A DNA stretch of 64,000 nt, taken from positions 79,483 through 143,482 of the IMG/VR virus record IMGVR_UViG_3300043812_000016, one strand, 5' to 3'. The stretch comes from a virus. Its lineage: Duplodnaviria > Caudoviricetes. Below, in pieces: positions 1-10,765 of this stretch (positions are counted from its first letter, which is position 1; the number at the start of each line of letters is the position of its first letter). A program made the translations under genes and the position numbers. The notes beneath the pieces are model-generated. The model did not search any database and had not been told where the DNA came from. It saw only the letters and a program-made list of their open reading frames with translations.

Positions 1-1
1 G

Positions 2-517
2 GCTAATGGTCATCCAGCTCAAGGTCTTTTACAATACGTCCCTTCAACTTTTGAACATTATGCAGTTAAGGGTCATACAAATATTAAATCTGGTTATGAT
101 CAATTACTTGCTCTATTTAATGACTCTAACTGGGCTAGAGATATTCATTATGGTGGTGGATGGGGTCCTACTGGTAACCCTATTAAGACTAATGCTACTG
201 GCGGTATTCGTTATCACGCTACAGGTAACACATATAGTACACGGGTAGCTCAGACTCCTACTAATCAATTCAATATGAATTTACAGCATCCATTAGAATT
301 GCAAACACTTTTTAAGCAGAATATTAGGAAGTCTCAAAACTATATTAAAGTTCAGAGAAATCGTGGAAAAGTTAATGTTAATGTAAACGTTAATCGGAGT
401 AATATTCTTAAGGTTCAGCAGGTTGTAGACCAAACAATTAATGAGGAATTTAACTTTTGGTTGCAGTCTAAGAAGGCTGAACAGTATGCAAGCTTTTATA
501 GTAATGAAGTTGGGTAG
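2..517 (+). CDS. 3' end of a tape-measure-like protein with a lytic transglycosylase (SLT-like) domain; partial at window edge
   Basis: Frame 2 is open from base 2 to the stop at 517: ANGHPAQGLLQYVPSTFEHYAVKGHTNIKSGYDQLLALFND...GWGPTG, a typical SLT motif of phage TMPs. The 275..517 ORF is its tail. Confidence 0.75.
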   Translation, partial: ANGHPAQGLLQYVPSTFEHYAVKGHTNIKSGYDQLLALFNDSNWARDIHYGGGWGPTGNPIKTNATGGIRYHATGNTYSTRVAQTPTNQFNMNLQHPLELQTLFKQNIRKSQNYIKVQRNRGKVNVNVNVNRSNILKVQQVVDQTINEEFNFWLQSKKAEQYASFYSNEVG

Positions 518-525
518 GTGATTGA

Positions 526-3500
526 GTGAGCAAGCAAGAAGATACAAATATTAAGGTTACGGCTGATGTTGACCCCGCCAAAGCGAGTCTTCGAGAAATT
601 GAGGATCTAGTTAGTTCTACCCAACAGAAGATTAATCGGGTATTTAGTACTGTACAAGATAATAACGGTCAGATTAGTAATAAGCAGTTAGCTGGGGTTC
701 AAAATGGCTTTGGTCGTTTAGACGAAGTTAAATCCGCTTTAGATAATGCTCTTAACCAAGCTAAGGCAACTCAAAATGGTTCTAAGCTAGAAGAAAGCAT
801 TAATACTTTAGCTCCTAAGTTAGATCTAGTTGTTAGTAGTTTAAGAGAGTTAAGATCTGGTAATAATAGTACTAAGCTTGATTCTATCTTTAATGCTCGT
901 ACAACTACTTCTCGTGCTTTTAGAGATGATAGTGCTACTATTCGTGGTGAACAGGGAGACTTTAGTCAACAAAATTTACATTATGAGAGTTTAGCTAGAG
1001 AAAGCCGATCTGATATTCATAATTTAGCTAGTTCGCTTAAACGTGAAATGGGTAACTTAGACGTTGGTAGGAAGTCTGGTTATATTTCATATAATCGTTA
1101 TCACCAGTACAAAGCCTCGTCTCAGTCTATTCAAAGCCGTTTGCAAGAACAACGAGATCGGTTTAATTCTCCTACTGGTGATATTGCTCGTTTTGCTAGT
1201 TATTATCAAAATTTACAAACTCAAGGCAAAAGAAGCTAATAATGTTGCTTCTGCACCGGGTGCAACTACTGAGCAGGTTCGTTATGCTAGAGCTTTAGAC
1301 GAACAAGTTAAGCACCTAGAAAAGGTTAATGAGCGATTTAAGAAGCAGGAAGAAGAATTACGAACTGCCGAAAAGAATTCAGAGTCGTTTAATGATCGCC
1401 TTAATGATACTCAAGGGAGTAACTATTGGCGATGATCCTAATTCTTTTATGGGTCAGCTTAATAAGCGTAAATATACTATTTTACGTGGTGCTATCTGCC
1501 TCGGAGGCGCTTCTATTGCTAGTGCTTATGCTCAAGGAAATAGTTTAAGACTTTCTAGTTTTGACGATATTAAGTCTACTGCATATGCTAATGGCGGTAG
1601 AGATGGTGAAGTTCTTAATACCTTAGGCGACTATGGTTATAAATATGGTTATAATGGCGCAGAAATGGGTCAGTTTGCCAATGCTTATACTTCTACTACT
1701 GGTAATGTGGGGAGTACTAGAGATGTTGCTGGTGTTGCTCAGACGTGGGCTAGACAATCTCGTATCACAGGAGCTAATGCACAGAGTACTTTAGGGCTAG
1801 AACAGACTGTCGGTAATAGTGCTAATTTAAATTCTAGTCAGATGAGTAGTGTTGGTAATGCAATTACTAATTCTATTATTAATTCTGGTATGAGTGCTAA
1901 GGCAACTGAACAGCAACAAGGATTATCTATGTTAATCCAGAATGCAAGTAATCAGGGTCTTACTGCTCGTGATGAAAAGAACTTAGCGGGCTTCCAAGGT
2001 GCGATTGCTAGTGGCGGGGCACAATTCCAAGGTACACAAGGCGCTCAAAATACTATGCAGTTAGCTCAAGGATTAGGTAATGTTAATAACCCAATGATGA
2101 GACAGCTTTTTGCTCAGTCTAATCCTAGTCGCTATACAGGGGTAGAGGGTTCTGCTAATATGGTTTTTGATATGCAAGAGTTCCAGAAGAAACCATGGAA
2201 GATGAAAGGAATTCTCCAAAATGCTGAAAAAGATTTTGGTAGTCGCAAGGTTGCTTCCGCTAATCTATATCAGGCGACTGGTGTTCCGGCAGAGACTATT
2301 GAAAAGTGGATTCAATTAGCAGATTCTGGTAAGTTAGACAAGAAGCATATAGATAAGCTAGAAAAATCATCTAGTGCAAGTAAAGAAGGCGGGAAAGCAG
2401 ATCAGGATTATGATAAGACGGGAGCTTCACAACTTCAAAAGTATAATTCTGCATTAGCTGATTCTGCTATGAAAGCTAGTCAAGCTTTAGACGGTTTACG
2501 TGGTATTATTGCTAAGGCTTATAAGGCTGGTGGTGGGTTATCTCCATTTGTTTCTGGTGTCGCTAGTGCATTTGGTGCTGGTGCTGGAAATCTTATGAGT
2601 ATCTATGCTCTTGATAGGCTAAGAGGTAAAGGTGGTTCTGGAGGTGCTGGAGGGTCTGGTATCTTAGGGCGTATCTTTAAAGGTGGTAAATCACCTGTAG
2701 AAAAGGAAGCTGAAAAAGCAACTGCTAAAGCTGGAGAAGAAGCTGTTAAAATTGGTGCTAAATCAGTTTCCCGTTCTGGTATCAAAGCTACTGCTTCTGG
2801 TATTCTAAAGTCTAGTAAATTAAGAGGTTTAGTTCGTGGTGCTAAGGCTGGACTACCGGGTGTTGGTGATTTAGTCTTTGGCGGTTTAGACTTAGCCACC
2901 TCTGTTGCAACTACTAAGAAAGGTACTAAAGCTCGTAGAAAGGCTGTTGGTTCTAGCTTAGGCTCATCTGCTGGTAGTGTTGCTGGTGGGGTTGTTGGTG
3001 GACTGATAGGTTCAATTTTCCCCGGTGCTGGTACTGCGGTTGGTGCAGTTGCTGGTAGTGTAGCTGGTGGCTGGTTAGGTGATAAGTTTGGTGGTTTCCT
3101 TGGTGGTAAGATAGGTAAGTCTAAGGATAAAGCTATTAATAAAGCTAAAGGACAATCACTTAGAGACGCTCGTAAGACTGCAAGTAAGTATAATAAGTCT
3201 GGTGGCGTACTAAGAGGTATTCTAAAGAATGGTAAGCGATTCTTACCGGGGGTTGCTCTTGGTATTGCAGGCTTAGGCTTAATGGACGATTTCTTTGGAG
3301 GTAAAGCTAAAGCTTCCTCAAAGAAGGGCAGTGAGAAATCAGAAGCATGGCGTATTTTGCGTGGCTATGATAAAATGCTTGATCATGCTATGCGAGTAGT
3401 TCAATCTGCTAAGTCTATTAAGAACGGTGGAGATTCTAGTTCTAAGAGTGACGACTCAGATATATCTGGTACTTCCGGTGAGGGAGAAAAGGCTATTCGG

Positions 3501-4268
3501 AGCGTTGCAAAAGCTATTGGTAAGAAGCTTGGTGTTGATCCTAAACTAGTTTATGCACAATTGATGCACGAAACTAATGGCGGTACTCATATGGCTGGTA
3601 AAAACAACTATGGTGGTATTGTTTATGCTGGTCAGAAAGGTGCTAAAGCTGGGTCTCATCAGCCAGACGGTAGTGGTAATTATGCAGACTTTGATAGCCT
3701 AGACGACTTTGCTAATGCTTATGCTTCTACTCTTCAGAAGATGGGTATTAATAGTAGTATTAAGTCTGTTAATGACTGGGCTAATCAGCTTCATAGTAAG
3801 GGTTACTTTACTGATTCTCCTGCTAATTATGCTGGGGGAATGGAAAGATTTGCTAAGCAGTATGCTGTTGGTGGTATTCGTCAATACGCTTCTGGTAGTC
3901 CTTTAATCACAGATCATCCAACTACTAATAATGGTAGTGATGTTTATGGTGAGGCTGGGACAGAAGCTTATGTACCATTAAATGCTGGTCATTACTTTAG
4001 TGGGCTTTCTACTTTAGACGACTTAGCTGGTATCTTTGGTAAAAAGGTAGTTAATCCGGGAGTTTCTGAGTCAGGTGGAAAATCAACTACTATTAATCCA
4101 AGTTATAATATTAACCTTACGATTAATGGTGGTACTGATGATCCAGATACATTAGCCCAAACAGTGGCTAATAAAGTAAGAGAAATGCTAAGTCAATATG
4201 ATAGTCAGCAAGCAATGAGTAACCAGCAAACATTCTTTGCTAATGAAACTTCTGGACTTCTAGTCTAA
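526..4268 (+). CDS. Tape measure protein with C-terminal glucosaminidase (GH73-like) domain; split into 3 ORFs by two apparent +1 errors
   Basis: Long helical G/A/S-rich sequence. C-terminal motifs AQLMHET...NNYGGI...YADFDSLDD...GYFTDSPANY. The pieces join if one G is removed at ~1225 and at ~1415. Confidence 0.85.
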
Positions 4269-4310
4269 ATGAAGTTATAATTTAGTTGAACATTTGTTAA
4301 TACACACCCA

Positions 4311-4347
4311 AAAATCCTCTATGTTTCAGACGTACATAGGGGATTTT
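4311..4347 (+). terminator. Intrinsic terminator after the TMP
   Basis: AAAATCCTCTATGT...ACATAGGGGATTTT stem. Confidence 0.65.
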
Positions 4348-4373
4348 GATTTATATTAAAACTAAATAAAGGG

Positions 4374-7300
4374 GTGAAAATTTTGCCAAAAATAGATATT
4401 GGTGCTTATCGACAAGTAGCAAGTAAAAAGAAGAAACCTTTTCATGTAGACTCTAAGTCTGCTGGACAAGCACTAGATCATAAACAAATTAAATCACATA
4501 TAGATGTAGGTGCTTATGGTGGAGTATCAGACGCTTATAAGAATAAAGGTCATAAGTCTGGTTCTTCTAAAGGCGGGGACGATAAAGATATTTCAAAGGC
4601 TGATGAAAACTATAAACAAATAATGCAGGAGTCTTTGAATTTAAGACAAACTCCTACCCCTCGTTATCCTACTCATATAGACCATAAGCCGGGTGATATA
4701 GCTAAATATGGTTCTATTTCAACGTCTGGTTATTTACAGGTAACGGTAGCAACTATTTCGGGTACTTATCCTTTAGTCCCCCGTTCTGTGTCTCATCAAA
4801 TTCCAGATGATACACAAGATAAATTAATTGCTGATCTAATTTCAGTGCAAGTACAAAATGATATGCAAAATGATATTCCAACTTTGACTATGATTTTAGG
4901 CAATAGTCATGATTGGTCTTCCCTTTTTGCTGTTAATGATTTAATTCGGGTAGACTATATCTTACCAGACAAACAGTATCGTCAATTTGATAAGTGTATT
5001 TATACTGGTTTAGTTTCTAATTTAACTCGTAATGCTAATTACAATGGAGCGCAAGAAACTTATACGGTTGTAGGTCAAGGTATGGCTAAGATTATGAGTA
5101 ATATTCAGTTGTCTACTTTTTCTGATTTACAGTCTAACCTTAATGGTTATCAACTGCTCCCAGACGATGAAAAGACGGGGATTGGTTTTAAGCAACATAC
5201 GTCTGCTAATATTATTAAGCAGATTATTAATCGATTTGTTTTGCAAAACCAAGGTGGAGTAAATACCTATGATTACTTAAATGGTCAAGGTGGTCGAGAT
5301 ATTACTGATCGGGCTACTCCAGTTAAAGCAGGTGTAGTTAATGATTTTATGGGTCAACCAAAGAGCCAAGCTGATTATCAAGCTTATTTAGATTCTTTAC
5401 CAGATAAGAATGGTAATACCGCCGATGGTTCAGACCAGAATTCAGATACAGACCAGAATGGGAAGAATAATGATCCAGAAACTAATAATCAAGTTAGTTG
5501 GTTAAATATCCCCATGCAGGTATCGGAAAATGGAGAATTACCTATTCAGAACTTAATTGAGTTTTATATCTACGAGAATTTAGACGAGTCCTACCCAGAC
5601 GCAGGCCCAAGCAATCCATTCTTAAATTATAATGGTTCCATTCTCCAGTTTATTAAAGACGTTTCTGCTAAGCCTTTTAATGAAATGTATTGGACGCACG
5701 ATCGTGGGTTAGCTACTTTTAATTACCGCCCTACACCGTTTGATCCCGAAAATTGGATGGGCTTGCCTGTTAATGAAATTGCTCCCGGTGATATTATGAG
5801 CGTTAATATTCAAAACAATGACCAAGAGCAGGCTTCGATCTTTAAGCTTACGCCTACACAAGGTATGGGGATAGATCAGTATGACGGAGGCTTTACAGGG
5901 AATATGGCACCATTAACTAATATGGAGCTTATTCACCGTTATGGTTATAAGTTAATGAATGTACAAGTTGATTACTTTAATGGTAATAAACAAGAGGATC
6001 CACTGTCACAAGTAACAGCAGGGACGACTAATGCAGACAGTGAAGCTATGAAAGGGTGGACTCAAGAAGAAGCTATGCTTCATGCTCCTTATTACACATC
6101 TGTAGTTGATGCTTTTTATTATACTAGTGGACGTAAGGCTAACGGAGAAGATATTTCTATTCCTAAAGAAGCTGGTGGATCTGCTCAGTATAATGCTGTA
6201 AATGAAGCGATTAAAGCTTCTGGTAATGCTTATGATTTTGCTCGTTCGGTTGCTGGGTTAGGAATTAGTCAAGAAGACGCTAATACACTATGGACAATGC
6301 GTAATCACTTTAATCGCACTAGCTACCTTAGTGTGATGATGCCTAATTACACTCCTACTAATACAGCTATTTCTAAGAATTCTAAGTATTTAAAGAGTTA
6401 TGATCGGATGGCTAAAAACCCTGAAAAAGCGGCTGGTGAGTTGATTGACGAAATGGGTTATACAATTGGACCAGAACAGGCTTGGGAAATTGTACAGTCT
6501 GCTTTAGCTAATGGGGGTAAGCCTAGTGAGGCTGATTATGACCGGATTATGAATTCAGTTCCTTTTGACCAAGGACATGATGGTATTAATGGATCACCAG
6601 ATAGTGGTCAGCAATCTGTACCTTTCTTATTCCTTAGATATACCCAGAAATTATTTGATTGGTACGCAGATAATGCTAAGTTCTATTCTGGCACGATTAC
6701 TTTAGGATCGCTTTCTACACCAATGGTAGATTGGATTGGTGAGCGGGTAATGTTTTATGATGACCCTTCTGGTGTCTGGTGGGAATTTTATTGTGAAGGT
6801 GTGACTACTAGTTGGAGTTATGCTAATGGACTACAAGTTACATTGAATGTTACTCGTGGTGTTCCTTTAAGATCTGAAACAGATGACTTTTATCGTAGAT
6901 TTACTGAACCATGGAGTTTTAAGGGTAAGTTTACTCGTTTCCTTGGTGGCTACTTTGGTGAGCAAAATCTTGCTACTGCTATTTCCAATGCAAGTAAAGA
7001 TAGTGGAGGAGATAGTGGAGGAAAAGGTTCGGGAGACCTCATAGAAAAAGCTAAGGATATTATGAATAATGAAAACTGGAGCTATTCACAACCTATGCGT
7101 ACAGATTTTCGCAAGAATGGTCATGCAGATTGTTCAAGCTTTGTTTGGTATGTATGTAATGCTTGTGGGTATGATGTAGGTTCATCTGCCTTTACAACTT
7201 ATACAGAACCTAGTATTTTAGATGAAATTAGTGCTGATGATACTGGTTCAGGGTCTATTGTTGTTAATGATAATGGTGGTAATTCACACACTGCTTTTCT

Positions 7301-7454
7301 TGAAGAGAAGTGGAAGGGTGATGATACAGCAATTATTAATATGGGTGGTCGAGACAATCACGGTGGACCTAGTGGAGATGTTAATGAAGATACCTATGGA
7401 ATGGCTTTTGCTAAAGGTGGGTCAATAAAATTTTATAAGCCAAAAAAGAAGTAA
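4374..7454 (+). CDS. Baseplate hub / tail-associated lysin with C-terminal NlpC/P60 peptidase
   Basis: Follows the TMP as in Twort-like phages. KPFNEMYW and YRPTPFD hub motifs; C-terminal YSQ..R...DCSSFV...HT. Confidence 0.85.
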   Translation: MKILPKIDIGAYRQVASKKKKPFHVDSKSAGQALDHKQIKSHIDVGAYGGVSDAYKNKGHKSGSSKGGDDKDISKADENYKQIMQESLNLRQTPTPRYPTHIDHKPGDIAKYGSISTSGYLQVTVATISGTYPLVPRSVSHQIPDDTQDKLIADLISVQVQNDMQNDIPTLTMILGNSHDWSSLFAVNDLIRVDYILPDKQYRQFDKCIYTGLVSNLTRNANYNGAQETYTVVGQGMAKIMSNIQLSTFSDLQSNLNGYQLLPDDEKTGIGFKQHTSANIIKQIINRFVLQNQGGVNTYDYLNGQGGRDITDRATPVKAGVVNDFMGQPKSQADYQAYLDSLPDKNGNTADGSDQNSDTDQNGKNNDPETNNQVSWLNIPMQVSENGELPIQNLIEFYIYENLDESYPDAGPSNPFLNYNGSILQFIKDVSAKPFNEMYWTHDRGLATFNYRPTPFDPENWMGLPVNEIAPGDIMSVNIQNNDQEQASIFKLTPTQGMGIDQYDGGFTGNMAPLTNMELIHRYGYKLMNVQVDYFNGNKQEDPLSQVTAGTTNADSEAMKGWTQEEAMLHAPYYTSVVDAFYYTSGRKANGEDISIPKEAGGSAQYNAVNEAIKASGNAYDFARSVAGLGISQEDANTLWTMRNHFNRTSYLSVMMPNYTPTNTAISKNSKYLKSYDRMAKNPEKAAGELIDEMGYTIGPEQAWEIVQSALANGGKPSEADYDRIMNSVPFDQGHDGINGSPDSGQQSVPFLFLRYTQKLFDWYADNAKFYSGTITLGSLSTPMVDWIGERVMFYDDPSGVWWEFYCEGVTTSWSYANGLQVTLNVTRGVPLRSETDDFYRRFTEPWSFKGKFTRFLGGYFGEQNLATAISNASKDSGGDSGGKGSGDLIEKAKDIMNNENWSYSQPMRTDFRKNGHADCSSFVWYVCNACGYDVGSSAFTTYTEPSILDEISADDTGSGSIVVNDNGGNSHTAFLEEKWKGDDTAIINMGGRDNHGGPSGDVNEDTYGMAFAKGGSIKFYKPKKK

Positions 7455-7473
7455 AGTTGGATTGATTTTTACT

Positions 7474-7509
7474 AAGAAATAGAGGAATTAGATTCTCTAT
7501 TTCTTTTTT
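7474..7509 (+). terminator. Intrinsic terminator
   Basis: AAGAAATAGAG...CTCTATTTCTT followed by a T-run. Confidence 0.75.
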
Positions 7510-7522
7510 ATTTTTGTATTTT

Positions 7523-7570
7523 TTGTACAAAAGTAGTTGAAAATTCAACTAAAAGTGTTATACTTAAAAC
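7523..7570 (+). promoter_or_regulatory. Conserved sigmaA-type early promoter with palindrome, copy 1
   Basis: TTGAAA-16-TATACT with TG extension; palindrome TAGTTGAA-AA-TTCAACTA; near-identical copies at ~37366 and ~56510. Confidence 0.8.
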
Positions 7571-7596
7571 ATGAATTAGGGAAAGGAAGCATAACA

Positions 7597-8109
7597 ATGA
7601 AGAAAGGTAGTACATCTGATTTAGTAGAAGATATTAATAAGAAATATGATCCAGAAACGATTAAGAAAACGTTGATTAAGTTTCAGCAATTGCAAGAATT
7701 GGGTTGGGAGATTATCATTGATCCTGTAGAGAATGAGGCTTATAGTATTAAATCTGATGATGAAACAAAAATTGTTTATCGTCCTTATGTATATGCGCCT
7801 GATCGACATGGTGAAGATTATATCTTGAACTTAGATACTTCTTTTGACTCATATTATAGTTATTTACAATGTTTAGTTGATACTGTTAAGGCTGTTTCTA
7901 AGTTAGATAATCATTATAATTGTCCTTATTGCTCTATGATTAATGGAGAAGGTAAAAAGATAGAAATTGATAAAGATTCTTATATGAGATATAAGACTGA
8001 TGGTGATATTATAAGGTTGATCGTTTATCGGAGTGATACTATTGAACCCGAAGAGGTACAGGATATTGACTCTAGTTATTGTATGATTTGTGGGAGGAAA
8101 TTATCATGA
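7597..8109 (+). CDS. Hypothetical protein with CPYC...CMICG zinc ribbon
   Basis: SD GAAAGGA precedes ATG 7597; two CxxC pairs. Confidence 0.7.
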   Translation: MKKGSTSDLVEDINKKYDPETIKKTLIKFQQLQELGWEIIIDPVENEAYSIKSDDETKIVYRPYVYAPDRHGEDYILNLDTSFDSYYSYLQCLVDTVKAVSKLDNHYNCPYCSMINGEGKKIEIDKDSYMRYKTDGDIIRLIVYRSDTIEPEEVQDIDSSYCMICGRKLS

Positions 8110-8438
8110 GTAATCAAAAACCAAAAGGTGTTGGGGACGTAAAGATTACCCAAAAAGACGTAGATAATTTTTTCAATTCTATCCACACGGACGCTTTAGT
8201 AGACAGTATTAAGATGTCTTATAAACCAACTTTTAAAGTTAAAATTATAGAAGAAGTTCCTAATTATGCTCCTACTTGGGAAGATATAGAAAAGGATAAT
8301 ATTACTCATCATTATACCTTAGAGGAAGAGGTTAATGAATTTATTAGGGATAAAGAGGTAATTAGTATCCAGTATTATTCTTATCCAAAGAAGAGTGTTT
8401 TGATTACTTATAAGGAGTATGATAATGAAAAAGCATGA
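8106..8438 (+). CDS. Hypothetical protein
   Basis: GGAGG SD; ATGA overlap with previous gene. Confidence 0.7.
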   Translation: MSNQKPKGVGDVKITQKDVDNFFNSIHTDALVDSIKMSYKPTFKVKIIEEVPNYAPTWEDIEKDNITHHYTLEEEVNEFIRDKEVISIQYYSYPKKSVLITYKEYDNEKA

Positions 8439-8586
8439 TCTTTATATGAAAATTGTATTTACTTTAATGGTTATATGTATTTTCGTTGGGTTTAGTATTA
8501 TGCTCTTTTTTAAGAGTTTTGTAGGTATTTTTATTGAATTTTTAGCATTAGTTGTATTATGGATTGCAGTAATATGGGATTCTTAG
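8425..8586 (+). CDS. Small 53-aa two-TM membrane protein (not in ORF track)
   Basis: AAGGAG SD; MKKHDLYMKIVFTLMVICIFVGFSIMLFFKSFVGIFIEFLALVVLWIAVIWDS; fills the gap in the operon. Confidence 0.65.
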   Translation: MKKHDLYMKIVFTLMVICIFVGFSIMLFFKSFVGIFIEFLALVVLWIAVIWDS

Positions 8587-8598
8587 GAGGGGCTATTA

Positions 8599-8811
8599 AT
8601 GAAGAAGTTAACTAAATTACAACAGATTTGTCCTTATTGTCATTCATATGCAGAAGAGGAAAAATTAGATGTAAGCCCCAGTGGTGATTGCTGGTTAAGT
8701 ATGTCTATGTGTGGGATGGTTGAGTATCATCTAAATGATATTACGATAGGAGCAAGTGAAAAATTTGGATTTTGTCCTATGTGTGGAAGGAGTTTGTCCG
8801 ATGTTGAATAA
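8599..8811 (+). CDS. Small zinc-ribbon protein
   Basis: CPYC...FCPMCGRSL; AGGAGG SD. Confidence 0.7.
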   Translation: MKKLTKLQQICPYCHSYAEEEKLDVSPSGDCWLSMSMCGMVEYHLNDITIGASEKFGFCPMCGRSLSDVE

Positions 8812-9097
8812 ATTAGAAAAAAAGTTAAAACAATTAGATCAACACTTGAGTTGTAAAGTTGTTACTAAAGATGAAGGTAAGTCTAAGTTAGTTGGTAATA
8901 CTTTAATTATGTCTCAGCATAGTGCTGGTGACGTTTTAATTAAATACGATAGTAACGTGATTCTAAAGCTAACAGATGTTAATGAAACCCCCGCTATAAG
9001 GATTATGCTTGACTATGTTGATAAGGATAACGCAGAATTACTTTCAACATTAATTAAGTTGTGTAGTATTTATTTACCAGATAGTGAGGAGGATTAA
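8801..9097 (+). CDS. Hypothetical protein
   Basis: AAGGAG SD before ATG 8801. Confidence 0.6.
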   Translation: MLNKLEKKLKQLDQHLSCKVVTKDEGKSKLVGNTLIMSQHSAGDVLIKYDSNVILKLTDVNETPAIRIMLDYVDKDNAELLSTLIKLCSIYLPDSEED

Positions 9098-9351
9098 TGA
9101 TACACAAGTACAGAAAGATAGTTCCAATTAAAGCTGAGCAATTTAAAGCTACTAATAAACAGATAAGTGATTATCATATTGGCTTAGAGCGAAGCCGGGG
9201 TCATCATCACCAAGTTAAGTCCTATTATTTACCTACTAAAGAGGGGGAAATGTTATTGCATATTGGTGATTATATTGCTACCGGTGTTGAGGATGAGCAT
9301 TGGGCTGTTGCTAAAGATATATTTGAGAAAACATATGAAAGGGTGGAATAA
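9097..9351 (+). CDS. Conserved small phage protein (T.EG.M...GDYI..G..E.W.V..DIF.KTY family)
   Basis: Recognisable motif; translationally coupled. Confidence 0.7.
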   Translation: MIHKYRKIVPIKAEQFKATNKQISDYHIGLERSRGHHHQVKSYYLPTKEGEMLLHIGDYIATGVEDEHWAVAKDIFEKTYERVE

Positions 9352-9545
9352 TGAAGTTTTTAGAGGGTTTAAGCTTTGGCTGGTGGTCCAGTGGGTTATT
9401 ATTTTGGGTACTAGTCCTTATGATTGATTCACCGATTAGCTGTAGTTATAAAACTTTAGCAATTATACTTTTAACTCTTGAGGCTATAATCTTTTTTGTT
9501 GGTCTTGGAGTTTGGGTTTATCTTATGTGGAGGTCTAAGAAATGA
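9351..9545 (+). CDS. Small membrane protein
   Basis: Two hydrophobic segments; coupled. Confidence 0.6.
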   Translation: MKFLEGLSFGWWSSGLLFWVLVLMIDSPISCSYKTLAIILLTLEAIIFFVGLGVWVYLMWRSKK

Positions 9546-9808
9546 CTAAAGTTAAAGTAAAGAAAACACGCAAGTTTCATTCAGCAGAGGCTTGGATTGT
9601 AAAAGATTGTCAAGGCAATTATGTAACGTCTGTAGAGTTCTTATGAGATACGCCTAAGAATGTTAAGACTGCTTATTATAATAAGCCTGCGTTTGATATT
9701 CTTAAATTCGGACAAATTTGTGTGTTTAATAATTATTTAGAAGCTTGTGCAGTTGCTAATGAATGCGGTGGTAAGGTCTATGAATTAGGATTAATTAAAG
9801 TGAGGTAG
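9542..9808 (+). pseudogene. 88-codon ORF interrupted by a single in-frame TGA at 9644
   Basis: GGAGG SD and ATG at 9542; frame continues after the TGA to TAG 9806-9808, just before the next gene. Confidence 0.5.
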
Positions 9809-9814
9809 GCTAAA

Positions 9815-10279
9815 ATGGGTATAGAAGATTTTATTAATCATTTAAGAAGACTTGAAATAAGTGTATGTAGGTTAGATGGTACTCGCTATATTTTACATAC
9901 TAAGTACACTAAAAGTGCTTTTTTAGTTATTAATTTAGATTCAGAAGAGCTTGTAGAAAGCTGTCATTGGAATAATTTAAGTCATATAGACTATGGATGC
10001 TTATTGTTAGTGATGAATGAGATAGAAGACTTTAGAAAGACACCTATTAATTTGCGTTCAAAATTAAAAGAGTATACTATCCAAGTATTAATTGGTAATT
10101 CTCAAGGTTATCTTAAATATTATTTACCAGATAGAGAATTTTCTATTGGTAGCAGTATTAAGTCAGACAATTATCAAATTGCTTTTACTAAAGATGAAAT
10201 CGAAGGATTTAAAAAACGTAATGATATTGCTGTTGATTGGAATAAAGCAATAATTAAGGAGGTAGACGAAGATGATTAA
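9815..10279 (+). CDS. Hypothetical protein (Lactobacillus prophage-like C-terminus)
   Basis: C-terminal FTKDEIE.FKKR.DIAVDWNKA. Confidence 0.65.
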   Translation: MGIEDFINHLRRLEISVCRLDGTRYILHTKYTKSAFLVINLDSEELVESCHWNNLSHIDYGCLLLVMNEIEDFRKTPINLRSKLKEYTIQVLIGNSQGYLKYYLPDREFSIGSSIKSDNYQIAFTKDEIEGFKKRNDIAVDWNKAIIKEVDEDD

Positions 10280-10763
10280 ATATAACAGGAAAGATCATAT
10301 CTTAGAAGTTGATACTCCTACTAATAAGTTTGAATTAGATCAAGCCGATTTATCTTCTTTACGACAAGCTTTATCTGATTTACCTGCTCATAATTCAAGT
10401 GAATTAATTAATTTAAATTATTTGAAAGACTTATACAGTAATCATCAAAAGTATCTTACTTATTTAGCTTATAATATGGTCTATAATTTAATCTTAAAAT
10501 ACATCTATGAGGATTTTAATATATCTAAATGGTACATTCCCTATGATTACGAGGGTGTGGCATCTTTTTCAGGTAGTGAATTGATTCCCGGATATAAAGA
10601 TACCATTTTATGGGGAGGTATTCCTGATAAGCTTATTTTGGAACAAGCTGAATTAGTTTTAAAAGACTTAGAATCTCATGGAATTAAGATTAAAAACTCT
10701 TATACCGAAGATGGTGAATTGATAGTATATGTAGACGAAAGTATTTTTAAGGATGGTAAATAA
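10272..10763 (+). CDS. Hypothetical protein
   Basis: AGGAGGT SD; operon context. Confidence 0.65.
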   Translation: MIKYNRKDHILEVDTPTNKFELDQADLSSLRQALSDLPAHNSSELINLNYLKDLYSNHQKYLTYLAYNMVYNLILKYIYEDFNISKWYIPYDYEGVASFSGSELIPGYKDTILWGGIPDKLILEQAELVLKDLESHGIKIKNSYTEDGELIVYVDESIFKDGK

Positions 10764-10765
10764 TT

